Positions 9,411 through 18,616 of a DNA stretch of 63,962 bases are shown piece by piece. The DNA is taken from positions 1 to 63,962 of the forward strand of contig CAVEKJ010000001.1 of the NCBI GenBank assembly GCA_963616205.1, given 5' to 3'. The notes beneath the pieces were generated by a model. The model ran no database searches. It was not told where the DNA came from and was given only the letters and a program-made list of their open reading frames with translations. The DNA comes from Prevotella sp. (lineage in GTDB: Bacteria > Bacillota > Clostridia > Lachnospirales > Lachnospiraceae). The first letter of the stretch is position 1, and every line of letters begins with the position of its first letter. The position numbers and the translations under genes were made by a program.

Positions 9411-12287
9411 TTGGTGAATATTTTGGATAAAGAGGAGTTTCGCGTTAAACTGGGACAGATCAACAAGCTGGTCGAAGCCCAGGATTACAAAGGCGCCATG
9501 CAGATCGTTGACAGCATCGACTGGCGTCGGGTGAAGAACGTCCGTACCCTTTGTGTAGTGGGCGAGATCTACGCGGCCAACAAGCGCTATGAAGAGAGCA
9601 AGGAAATTTTTCTTCTTGCCTATCACAGAGCGCCGATCGGCAAGAACATACTTTACCGCCTGATCGAAGTTTCCCTGAGGATGGGACAGATCAGTGAAGC
9701 CACAGAATTCTTTGATGAATACAGAGAAGTGGCAGGTAATGATAACAGCCAGTATATACTGAAATATAAGATCGCCAGAGCGAAGAATGCATCTCTGAAC
9801 GAACAGATCCGTATTCTTGAGGAATATAAGGAGAAGGAATTTACGGAGCGCTGGTCCTATGAACTGGCCAAGCTCTATTACAAGGCAGGAGACAAGCAGA
9901 AATGCCTGGATCTCTGCAATGAGATGATCCTTTGGTTCAATGACGGAACTTATGTGATGAAGGCCCTTGACCTGAAACAGCGGATGGGTGTCCTCACTGG
10001 CGAAGAAAAAGAGAAATACGAGCAGCGTTTTATCCCGAAACTGATCCCGCCGGAAAAGGCGCAGGAGATCAAGGAGAGCAAGGAAGCGGAAACATCCGGT
10101 GAACCTGAGTATGAGGAAGCAAAACCGGTCACAGATACCATCCAGGTAGATGATGAACGTGATCTGAACAGTGCGGAGACATTCCAGGAGAAGCTTTCCA
10201 AGGGATTCCGTGATATCTTTGGCGGACATAAGAAATCCGCAGAAGAAGCAGAGGAAAAAGAAGCTGCACAGGATGAAGAAGTGGAAGAGGATTCCACAGG
10301 ATCTGAGGATGTGACGGAAGAGACTGAGGTGGAAACACCGGAAGCTGAGACTGCTGCCGCAGCAGAACCGTCAGAATGGCATGCAGACGAAGACGCTGAG
10401 GAAATTGAAGATACAGAGGGAAGTTCTGAAAGTGCTGACGAAATTTCAGAAGATCAGGAAGAACTTTCTGAGCAGGCAGAGGATGAGATTCCGCTGGCAG
10501 CAGGTATTGATAACCTGACATCCGGAAGTGTGAAGCTTGAGGCCAGGACACAGGAACAGCAGGACGAAGAGGAAGAAGAAGCTTATCAGGAGGCAGAAGA
10601 AGCCGAGGCTGAGAAGGCTACAGAGATGTCTTTATCTCAGAGCGTTGCTGAGATCATGAAAGAGAAGGCTGCCGGAAATGAGGAGAAACCTGCAGGGGTT
10701 CCGCTCAATGAGGATGGCAAGCCTGATTTTTCCGCGACGATCCGTATGCCGGAGCTGAAGATCCCGAAATCTATGATCAATGTGGACCCGGAGAATGCAA
10801 GCAGTTCGGCAGACATCCCGGATGCGTCCGGAATCTTCGGAAGTATCGATGATATCGCCGCAACCGTCGGCAAAAAATCCGAGGATGATAAAGCAAAAGA
10901 TTTTAATCTGGAGGATACGATCCTGGCTGCTGCCACAGAGCAGGGAATCGATATCCCAGAGACAGAAGATACACAGCCGGAAACAGCTGAAGATGAGATC
11001 GAAGATCTTGGCATCGCATCGGATGATTTTGTTCCGGAGGAGCCGGATGCGGCGGATATCGAGGATATCATGGCGCAGATCTCCGCTCAGCAGGCAGAGG
11101 ATGAGCCTAATCCGGCCCAGACAAAGATCCCGGATATCGTATTTGATGAAGATGAGGAGCCGGTGACAGAAGAAGATCTTCGTGCTGCAGAGGCGGAGTT
11201 CCTGAATGGTCCTGCGGGGGCACAGAAACCGGTGGAAGAACCGGCAGCAGAAGAAAAAGCGCCGGAGGTTCCGACACTGGAAAAAGAGGAACAGGCTACT
11301 GTGATCGAAGATGAAATTCTTCTTGACGAGGAAGAAGAATACAGCGGTGAGGACTTCGGATTCCAGGATGATGAGGATGAGGACGAAGATGCCCTTATTT
11401 CAGATCTTCTGGGGGATGAACCGGAAGAAGCGGGCATGGAAGAGGATGATGAAGAGGAAGAACTCAGCGAGGAAGAGCAGCTTGAGAAATTCATTGCTAC
11501 CATCCAGCCGGAGAAAGATCCCACAAAGATCGTTTCCAGGAAAAAACAGCTCACAGATGAAGAGAAGCAGCTTTTCACCTATTTTGTTGCTGTTCCGGGA
11601 ATGAAAGAGCAGCTGCTCGATGTTCTCTGCGATGTGCAGAAGGGCGCGGCAGACAAGACTTCCCAGACCGGAAATGTGATCGTTATGGGAGGCAGAGAAA
11701 CCGGTAAGACAAGACTGATATCCAGTCTGATCCCGGCGATCTGTAAAGAGCTGAATATCGAGGCTTCCAAGGTTGCCTATATATTTGCGGAGGATCTCAA
11801 CGGAAAAGATATCGCAGAGATCGCATCCAAGCTTGCAGGCGGTTTCCTTGTTATCGAGAACGCAAACCAGCTTTCCCAGGAAACAGCAGATGAGCTTGAG
11901 GAAGTTATGAATGGAAACACGAAGGGAATGATCGTGATCCTGGAGGACGAAAAGATCGGTATGCGTAAGCTGATCGCAAGATATCCGAAGCTTGCGAAGA
12001 AGTTTACATCTATGATCAACATTCCTGTATTTACAAACGATGAGCTTGTTAATTTCGCCAAAGTCTACACCATGGAGAATGGATTCCGTATCGACCAGAT
12101 GGGCATGCTTGCTCTGTATAATCTGATCGGAGTCAACCAGAAAGAGGACCAGCCGATGTGCATCGGTACTGTGAAAGTCATGCTGGATAAAGCTATGGAG
12201 AGAGCTCAGGGCGGATTATTCAAACGTTCCAAGAAGCGTGTGGACCGTGATGGTTACACTGTACTTCTGGAAAAGGATTTCAGCTGA
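9411..12287 (+). CDS. Large hypothetical protein: N-terminal TPR-like helices, very acidic low-complexity middle, C-terminal degenerate AAA+/P-loop domain
   Basis: 958-aa ORF; helical repeats aa ~1-200; E/D-rich aa ~220-700; GNVIVMGGRETGKTRL and GGFLVIENA in the C-terminus. Confidence 0.75.
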   Translation: MVNILDKEEFRVKLGQINKLVEAQDYKGAMQIVDSIDWRRVKNVRTLCVVGEIYAANKRYEESKEIFLLAYHRAPIGKNILYRLIEVSLRMGQISEATEFFDEYREVAGNDNSQYILKYKIARAKNASLNEQIRILEEYKEKEFTERWSYELAKLYYKAGDKQKCLDLCNEMILWFNDGTYVMKALDLKQRMGVLTGEEKEKYEQRFIPKLIPPEKAQEIKESKEAETSGEPEYEEAKPVTDTIQVDDERDLNSAETFQEKLSKGFRDIFGGHKKSAEEAEEKEAAQDEEVEEDSTGSEDVTEETEVETPEAETAAAAEPSEWHADEDAEEIEDTEGSSESADEISEDQEELSEQAEDEIPLAAGIDNLTSGSVKLEARTQEQQDEEEEEAYQEAEEAEAEKATEMSLSQSVAEIMKEKAAGNEEKPAGVPLNEDGKPDFSATIRMPELKIPKSMINVDPENASSSADIPDASGIFGSIDDIAATVGKKSEDDKAKDFNLEDTILAAATEQGIDIPETEDTQPETAEDEIEDLGIASDDFVPEEPDAADIEDIMAQISAQQAEDEPNPAQTKIPDIVFDEDEEPVTEEDLRAAEAEFLNGPAGAQKPVEEPAAEEKAPEVPTLEKEEQATVIEDEILLDEEEEYSGEDFGFQDDEDEDEDALISDLLGDEPEEAGMEEDDEEEELSEEEQLEKFIATIQPEKDPTKIVSRKKQLTDEEKQLFTYFVAVPGMKEQLLDVLCDVQKGAADKTSQTGNVIVMGGRETGKTRLISSLIPAICKELNIEASKVAYIFAEDLNGKDIAEIASKLAGGFLVIENANQLSQETADELEEVMNGNTKGMIVILEDEKIGMRKLIARYPKLAKKFTSMINIPVFTNDELVNFAKVYTMENGFRIDQMGMLALYNLIGVNQKEDQPMCIGTVKVMLDKAMERAQGGLFKRSKKRVDRDGYTVLLEKDFS

Positions 12288-12313
12288 AAATAAGAAAAGC
12301 AGAGGTAAAAAAT

Positions 12314-13189
12314 ATGGCCAGACCTTATCTTGGTAACCCGAAATATACCATTGAAGTCCTTCAAAAGTATCATTTTGTTTTCCAGAAAAGGTTTGGTCAG
12401 AATTTTCTGATCGATGAGCATGTTCTGGAAAAGATCATTGAATCTTCGGGTATCACGAAGGATGATTTTATACTGGAGATCGGTCCGGGTATCGGTACGA
12501 TGACCCAGTATCTTGCAGAAGCTGCCAGAGAGGTGGCTGCCGTGGAGATCGACAGTTCGCTGATCCCGATCCTTAAGGATACGCTGAAGGACTGGGATAA
12601 TGTTTCCGTGATCAATAACGATATCCTGAAAACGGATATCAAAAAGATCGCAGATGAGAAAAACGGCGGCAGGCCTGTGAAGGTGGTTGCGAATCTGCCG
12701 TATTATATTACGACTCCGATCATCATGGGGCTTTTTGAGAAGAATGTTCCGGTGGATTCGATCACTGTTATGGTCCAGAAGGAGGTTGCAGACCGTATGC
12801 AGGTTGGTCCTGGTACCAAGGATTACGGTGCGCTTTCCCTGGCTGTGCAGTATTATGCGAAGCCGGAGATCGTTGCCAATGTACCGCCGAACTGTTTTAT
12901 GCCGCGACCGAAGGTTGGCAGCGCAGTGATCAAACTGACGCGTTATGAGAAGCCGCCGGTTGAGGTGCATGATGAGCGTCTCATGTTCCGTCTGATCCGT
13001 GCGTCTTTTAACCAGAGGAGAAAGACGCTTGTGAACGGGATCAAAAATTCCGGAGATTTTTTCCTGAGTAAAGAGGAGATCGAGGATGTGTTCAACAAGT
13101 GTGGCCTTCCGCTGAATATCAGGGGCGAGGCGCTGACTCTGGAGCAGTTTGCGATGCTTGCCAACTGTATCTACGATGAGAAAAAATAA
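12314..13189 (+). CDS. rsmA: 16S rRNA m6,2A1518/1519 dimethyltransferase RsmA/KsgA
   Basis: FGQNFLID, LEIGPGIG, VVANLPYYITTP, FNQRRKTL. Confidence 0.97.
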   Translation: MARPYLGNPKYTIEVLQKYHFVFQKRFGQNFLIDEHVLEKIIESSGITKDDFILEIGPGIGTMTQYLAEAAREVAAVEIDSSLIPILKDTLKDWDNVSVINNDILKTDIKKIADEKNGGRPVKVVANLPYYITTPIIMGLFEKNVPVDSITVMVQKEVADRMQVGPGTKDYGALSLAVQYYAKPEIVANVPPNCFMPRPKVGSAVIKLTRYEKPPVEVHDERLMFRLIRASFNQRRKTLVNGIKNSGDFFLSKEEIEDVFNKCGLPLNIRGEALTLEQFAMLANCIYDEKK

Positions 13190-13197
13190 TATATGAT

Positions 13198-13244
13198 AAA
13201 CGCAAAAAGAGCCCGGGCAGCTGTTCCGGGTTCTTTTTGCGTTT
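13198..13244 (+). terminator. Intrinsic (bidirectional-looking) terminator after rsmA
   Basis: AAACGCAAAAAGAGCCCGGG-CAGCTG-TTCCGGGTTCTTTTTGCGTTT. Confidence 0.8.
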
Positions 13245-13594
13245 CCGGACGGGAATGTTGGAGAGGTTTCCTGCCCGGACTTATATAACTTGTCATAGAA
13301 AGGAGGTTATGTCTGAGGTGTCAGACATAAGTAAGTAATGAAAAATTTACAATATTTATTCTACTGAGGAAATGTTAGGAAAGTTTGTTGAATTTATGAA
13401 AAGATTGTGAATATATTTGTTGAGATATACATAAATTCTGACCTGTGGGGATGAAAAAAGGGAAAATTGAGGTTTACAGCGGGGTGGGGTGGTGTGTTAT
13501 ACTGAGGGGCGTTGAAAGGTAACTGATAATTTTTTTATATTTGTATTGATTGTTGAGTGTTGTTTTTTTATATGGGCCGGTGGCCTGATGGAGG

Positions 13595-14080
13595 ATGATT
13601 TTTATGAAGAAATTTAATATGATGAATAAGTTTACTGCTCTGGTTGTTGCTGGTGTTATTTCCTGTTCTTCTCCTATGATGGTTATGGCGTCTGATTCCA
13701 GTTCTGTTATGAGTCAGGCGGAGGAGATCCTGAAGGATAATGAGGTTGGGTCTCTTGCTTCTGATCCGGATAAGGTTGGGGATATCATTGTTTATGTGAA
13801 GGGACTGTTTGATTCCAATGAGATTTCTGATGATGAGATTTCTCAGGGAATCGATGAGGCTGCGGATCATTTTGGGGTGAGTCTTAATGATGACGATAAG
13901 AAGTCACTGGTTAATATTATCAGTAAGTTCCGTGGGATTGATGTGAGTGATGATCAGATCAAGGGGTATGTGAGTGATGCTTATAGTACTTTGAAGGATA
14001 TGGGTGTTACGAAGTCTGATGTGAAGAATCTTTTTGAGAAGGCTATTGAGTTTATTAAGGGGATGCTTTCCAGACGGTAG
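13595..14080 (+). CDS. Secreted/exported protein, DUF1002 C-terminal-like
   Basis: Signal peptide MKKFN..VMA; acidic helical domain (EISDDEISQGIDEAADHFGVSLNDDDK); GGAGG RBS. Confidence 0.65.
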   Translation: MIFMKKFNMMNKFTALVVAGVISCSSPMMVMASDSSSVMSQAEEILKDNEVGSLASDPDKVGDIIVYVKGLFDSNEISDDEISQGIDEAADHFGVSLNDDDKKSLVNIISKFRGIDVSDDQIKGYVSDAYSTLKDMGVTKSDVKNLFEKAIEFIKGMLSRR

Positions 14081-14304
14081 AGTTGGTTAGTTTCTGATTT
14101 GATAAGATTGATAAGTTTTTAGATTTGTGTGTTTTGGATGTTTAGAGGGTGATTTTTGTGACGCTTTTGTTGGGGTTATTGTTGTTATGTTTATGTGAAA
14201 TGTACAATTTGTACAATATTTAGGACGATTAGATTTTGAAATAATGTGGTGTTTCTATAAAAAATGAATGATTGAATGAAGAAAATTGTGAAAATGTGCT
14301 AAAA

Positions 14305-14351
14305 GTTCACGGGACGTTCATAGTTTGTTCATATTTGTTTGGTAGTATAAA
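14305..14351 (+). promoter_or_regulatory. Three GTTCAY direct repeats with 11-bp period plus extended -10 (TGGTAGTAT); OmpR/PhoB-type activator site
   Basis: GTTCAC 14305, GTTCAT 14316, GTTCAT 14327; no consensus -35. Confidence 0.6.
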
Positions 14352-14499
14352 GACAGTTCGAAAGAACGTCTACGAAAGACGCTGTAATGGTGTGTATCTG
14401 TATCATTACACATACAATTTTTTTCATAATAATCGCCCCGGTAAGCCACTACCGGGGCACTCCTCGTTTTTTGAGCCTTTTTTGGAGGGCTCTTTTTTT
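14352..14499 (+). ncRNA. Candidate trans-acting small RNA with anti-AUG/anti-SD determinants
   Basis: Hairpins GTTC-GAAA-GAAC, GTCT..AGAC and TGTAATGGTG..TATCATTACA; single-stranded TTTTTTTCATAATAATC; hairpin GCCCCGGTA..TACCGGGGC; ACTCCTC; terminator GAGCCTTT..GAGGGCTC-T7. Confidence 0.6.
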
Positions 14500-14682
14500 G
14501 TGGGGATGGAGGGGGACGGACATCGGCGCGGGGCTGGATGTCTGGAGTGAAGGGATGTTAAAAAATTATGGCGCGGGGTGTTGGGCCATGCTATAATGGA
14601 TACGATTAAAATACGGCAGCAGACATAAAGTATTGCCGGATAGTGAATGATAATAAGATGAAGCGTGAATGGAGGTCAAGAA

Positions 14683-15588
14683 ATGGCGGAGTCTATGAAG
14701 GATTTTGAGAAGGAGCTGGAGGCTTCTTTTAAGAAGATTGATGAGGGTGATATTATCACTGGTACGGTTGTTAGTGTGGATGAGACGGGAGTTGTTCTTG
14801 ATCTTAAATATTATGCTGAGGGTTTTATTCCGGCGGAGGAGTTTTCCAGGGAACCGGGATTTAATATTAAAGAGGCGGTCCAGCCGGGGGATGAGATCCA
14901 GGCTATGGTGCTCCGCAGGGATGATGGTCAGGGGAATATTCTTCTTTCCAGGGCGGATGCTGCGGATGTGATCGCCTGGGATAAGCTGAAAGAGCTTCAG
15001 GAGTCTGGCGAGGTGCTGGATGTTGTTGTGAAGGGTATCGTTAATGGTGGTGCCATTGCTTATGTTGAGGGTGTGCGTGGGTTTATCCCGGCGTCTAAGC
15101 TGGCGCTTAATTATGTTGAGGATACGGAGGAGTATCTTAATAAGCCGCTTCAGGTGCGGGTGATTGATGTTGATAAGGAGAAGAAGAGACTGGTGCTTTC
15201 TGCGAAGGAGATTCTTCGTGAGAAGGCTGAGGAGGAGCGCAGGAATAAGATCTCCAATATTGAGGTTGGTTTTGTGACTGAGGGTACGGTTGAGAGTTTG
15301 CAGCCGTATGGTGCTTTTGTGGATCTTGGGAATGGTGTTTCCGGGCTGGTGCATATTTCTCAGATCTGTGAGAAACGAATTAAAAAGCCTTCTGAGGCTG
15401 TCAGTGTTGGTGATAAGGTTAAAGTGAAGGTTATTGCGATCAAGGATGGTAAGCTGAGCCTGAGTATCAAGGAGGCGTCGGATCTGATGGCGAAGGAAGT
15501 TGAGGAAGAAGTTTTTGAGCTTCCGGAGTCCGGGGAAGAGGCTACTACTTCTCTTGGTTCTCTGTTTGCGAATATCAAACTTGACTGA
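14683..15588 (+). CDS. S1 RNA-binding domain protein (short ribosomal protein S1-like, three S1 repeats)
   Basis: Three S1 repeats (GDIITGTV, GFIPASKL, YGAFVDLGNGVSGLVHISQI); GGAGG RBS before ATG 14683. Confidence 0.88.
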   Translation: MAESMKDFEKELEASFKKIDEGDIITGTVVSVDETGVVLDLKYYAEGFIPAEEFSREPGFNIKEAVQPGDEIQAMVLRRDDGQGNILLSRADAADVIAWDKLKELQESGEVLDVVVKGIVNGGAIAYVEGVRGFIPASKLALNYVEDTEEYLNKPLQVRVIDVDKEKKRLVLSAKEILREKAEEERRNKISNIEVGFVTEGTVESLQPYGAFVDLGNGVSGLVHISQICEKRIKKPSEAVSVGDKVKVKVIAIKDGKLSLSIKEASDLMAKEVEEEVFELPESGEEATTSLGSLFANIKLD

Positions 15589-15623
15589 TTGTTATTTTTT
15601 TGGATGAAAAAGGATGGATGTGA

Positions 15624-17294
15624 ATGAAGAAACAGGAGAGAATATTTGTAATCGGACATAAGAATCCGGATACGGATTCTATCTGTTCGGCGATCGCTTA
15701 TGCGGATATTAAAAACAGGACTACCCAGAGTAAGAAGTATATTCCGAAGCGAGCTGGTCAGATCAATGAGGAGACGCGGTATGTGCTGAATCGTTTTGGC
15801 GTGCAGCCGCCGGCTTATCTGGGGAATATCGGTACCCAGGTGAAGGATATGGATATCCGGGTGAGTCCTCAGGCGGATAAGAATATGTCTTTGAAGAATA
15901 CCTGGGATCTGATGCAGGAGAATGGAATCGTTTCTCTTCCAATCCGTGATAAGGACGGGTGCCTGGAGGGGCTTGTGACGATCGGAGATATCGCGAAGAC
16001 TTATATGGATACTACGGACAGTTATCTTCTTTCCAATGCGCGGACGCAGTATCAGAGGATCGCTGAGACTGTTGGCGGTGAAGTGGTGGAAGGTAATGGC
16101 CATGGGTATTTTGTCAAGGGCAGAGTGCTTGTAGGTACTGCCAATCCGAAGATGATGGAGGGATATATCGAGGAGAATGATATGATCATCATGGGTGACC
16201 GTGAGGAGGATCATCTTCAGGCTATCAGCCAGAATGTCAGCTGTATCATCGTGGGGCTGAACATTGTTGTTTCCGAGAAGGTTGTGAAGCTTGCCCATGA
16301 GAAGAATATCGTGATCATCCGGTCTCCGTATGATACCTTTAATATCGCCCGGCTGATCAATCAGAGTATCCCGGTTAGCTTTGTTATGAAGCGGGATAAC
16401 ATGGTGACGTTTAATACCGAGGATTTTACTGATGATATCCAGGAGGTTATGGTCAAAAACCGTCACAGAGCGTTCCCGGTGATCAATCCTCATGGAAAGT
16501 GTATCGGTACGATCTCCAGACGTAATTTCCTGGATATGAACAAGAAGAAAGTGGTTCTTGTGGATCATAACGAGGTGGACCAGGCGGTTGATAATATCGA
16601 GAAGGCGGAGATCCTTGAGATCATCGATCATCATAAACTGGGTTCTCTGCAGACGATGACGCCGGTTTCTTTCCGGAATGAGCCGGTGGGCTGTACGGGT
16701 ACGATCCTTTATGAGATCTATGGTGAGCAGCGGCTGGAGATCCCGGAAAAGATCGCGGGGCTTCTCTGTGCGGCTATTATTTCGGATACGCTGATGTTCC
16801 GTTCTCCGACCTGCACGCAGAAGGATAAGATCGCTGCCAGTGCCCTTGCATTGATCGCAGGGATCAAGATCGAGGATTTTGCCAGGGAGATGTTTTCAGC
16901 GGGAAGTAATCTTAAGGATAAGTCTCCTGAGGAGATTTTTTACCAGGATTACAAGAAGTTTATCGGTGAGGGCAATGTTTCCTTTGGTGTGGGACAGATC
17001 AGTTCCATGGACAGCGAGGAGCTTAAGGAGATCAAGGAGAAGCTGATGCCGTTTATGGTCAGTGAGTGTGGCCGTCATGATATCACGCGCGTTTATTTTA
17101 TGCTGACGAATATCCTGGAGGAATCTACGGAGCTTCTGTTTTATGGTGATGGCAGCCAGCAGATGGCGGAGATCGCTTTTGAGAAGAAACCGGACGGGGA
17201 TGCATTCAGTCTGCCGGGTGTGGTTTCCAGGAAGAAACAGCTGATCCCGGCTATGATGGAGGCTGCTCAGCTGATGAACAGCGATTACGCATAA
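15624..17294 (+). CDS. ppaC: Mn-dependent inorganic pyrophosphatase with CBS-DRTGG insert (CBS-PPase)
   Basis: GHKNPDTDSICS, LVDHNE, IIDHHKLG, AAIISDTLMFRSPT, GVVSRKKQ. Confidence 0.93.
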   Translation: MKKQERIFVIGHKNPDTDSICSAIAYADIKNRTTQSKKYIPKRAGQINEETRYVLNRFGVQPPAYLGNIGTQVKDMDIRVSPQADKNMSLKNTWDLMQENGIVSLPIRDKDGCLEGLVTIGDIAKTYMDTTDSYLLSNARTQYQRIAETVGGEVVEGNGHGYFVKGRVLVGTANPKMMEGYIEENDMIIMGDREEDHLQAISQNVSCIIVGLNIVVSEKVVKLAHEKNIVIIRSPYDTFNIARLINQSIPVSFVMKRDNMVTFNTEDFTDDIQEVMVKNRHRAFPVINPHGKCIGTISRRNFLDMNKKKVVLVDHNEVDQAVDNIEKAEILEIIDHHKLGSLQTMTPVSFRNEPVGCTGTILYEIYGEQRLEIPEKIAGLLCAAIISDTLMFRSPTCTQKDKIAASALALIAGIKIEDFAREMFSAGSNLKDKSPEEIFYQDYKKFIGEGNVSFGVGQISSMDSEELKEIKEKLMPFMVSECGRHDITRVYFMLTNILEESTELLFYGDGSQQMAEIAFEKKPDGDAFSLPGVVSRKKQLIPAMMEAAQLMNSDYA

Positions 17295-17307
17295 GGAGAC
17301 CGAAAAA

Positions 17308-17889
17308 ATGGCAAAACAGATCTGGAAGCCGGGGAATATGATCTATCCGCTGCCGGCTGTGATGGTGAGTGTTACGGATGGTGAGGGTAACGATAATATC
17401 ATCACGGTTGCGTGGACGGGTACGGTGTGTACGAATCCGGCGATGGCTTATATTTCTGTCCGACCTTCCCGTTATTCTTATGATATGATCCGGAAAACGG
17501 GTGAGTTTGTGATCAATCTGACAACGGAAAAGCTGGCTTTTGCAACGGATTTCTGCGGGGTTCGTTCGGGGCGGGATGTTGACAAGTTTCAGAAGCTGAA
17601 TCTTACAAAAGAGAAGGCGCAGTTTGTTTCTGCACCGATGATCGGGGAGTCCCCGGTTTCTATCGAGTGCCGGGTCCGTGAGGTGAAAGAGCTGGGTTCG
17701 CACGATATGTTTCTGGCGGATGTGCTTGCGGTCCATGCGGATGAGGCTTATATGGATAAGAACAACAAGTTCCACCTGAATGATGCAGGGCTTCTGGTTT
17801 ATTCTCATGGAGAGTATCTGGCCGGTGGCCGTAAGGTGGGAACTTTTGGATACAGTGTAAAGAAGAAAAACGGCCGGAAGAAAAAGTGA
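17308..17889 (+). CDS. Flavin reductase-like family protein
   Basis: YPLPAVMVS, NIITVAWTG, GEFVINL, LGSHDMFLA. Confidence 0.88.
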   Translation: MAKQIWKPGNMIYPLPAVMVSVTDGEGNDNIITVAWTGTVCTNPAMAYISVRPSRYSYDMIRKTGEFVINLTTEKLAFATDFCGVRSGRDVDKFQKLNLTKEKAQFVSAPMIGESPVSIECRVREVKELGSHDMFLADVLAVHADEAYMDKNNKFHLNDAGLLVYSHGEYLAGGRKVGTFGYSVKKKNGRKKK

Positions 17890-17903
17890 GAAAGGGACAC
17901 AGG

Positions 17904-18416
17904 ATGAATAATATTACTCTGATAGGGATGCCGGGGGCTGGTAAGAGCAGCATCGGTGTTGTACTTGCGAAGGTACTTGGTTACCAGTTTATTGACTCTG
18001 ATCTTTTGATCCAGAAGGAGGAAAAAAGGACTCTGAGTGAGATCATCGAGGATGAGGGTACGGATGGCTTTAAGGCAATCGAGAATCGTGTGAATGCTTC
18101 GATCCAGGTGGAGAATACGGTGATCGCTACCGGCGGCAGCGTGGTTTACTGTGATGAGGCTATGCAGCATCTGAAGTCTGAGGGTGTTGTGGTGTATCTG
18201 AAGATCTCACTGAAATTGCTGGCCAGACGTCTTGGCAATCTGAAGGAGCGTGGTGTTGTCCTGAAAGAGGGACAGACGCTGGAGAGTCTTTATGAGGAAC
18301 GTCGGGTGTTGTATGAGAAGTATGCGGATATTGTTGTAGATGAGGAAGATAAGGATCTGGAGGGGAGTCTCCAGGTGGTGCTTGATGCACTGAAGAACAG
18401 GGGAGATAAGGCGTAA
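17904..18416 (+). CDS. aroK: Shikimate kinase
   Basis: LIGMPGAGKSSIG, DSDLLI, IATGGSVV, LYEER..LYEKYAD. Confidence 0.9.
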   Translation: MNNITLIGMPGAGKSSIGVVLAKVLGYQFIDSDLLIQKEEKRTLSEIIEDEGTDGFKAIENRVNASIQVENTVIATGGSVVYCDEAMQHLKSEGVVVYLKISLKLLARRLGNLKERGVVLKEGQTLESLYEERRVLYEKYADIVVDEEDKDLEGSLQVVLDALKNRGDKA

Positions 18417-18489
18417 CTGTCGGCTGGTGGAAACGGGATGCTGGAGTGTTGCGGGTCATGTGTTATGGCAGGTTTTCGTCATAAATTGT

Positions 18490-18516
18490 TTACAAATCTG
18501 AAATATGTGTTATAAT
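18490..18516 (+). promoter_or_regulatory. Putative sigma-A promoter of murA
   Basis: TTTACA-N17-TATAAT with TG extension. Confidence 0.55.
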
Positions 18517-18616
18517 ATACAACTGACCTAAAAAACGGTATTGCGGAACATTTGTTTCCGTTGTAAATTCAGAGAAAGTTTCTGCTCATAGAGGAGTAAA
18601 ATAATAGAGGTGTGTT

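Noticed and set aside
14329..14427. 32-aa minus-strand ORF MKKIVCVMIQ.. antisense to the sRNA candidate
   Set aside because: Its SD is ~30 nt away across a hairpin, and promoter and terminator polarity both favour a + strand RNA; not fully excluded.
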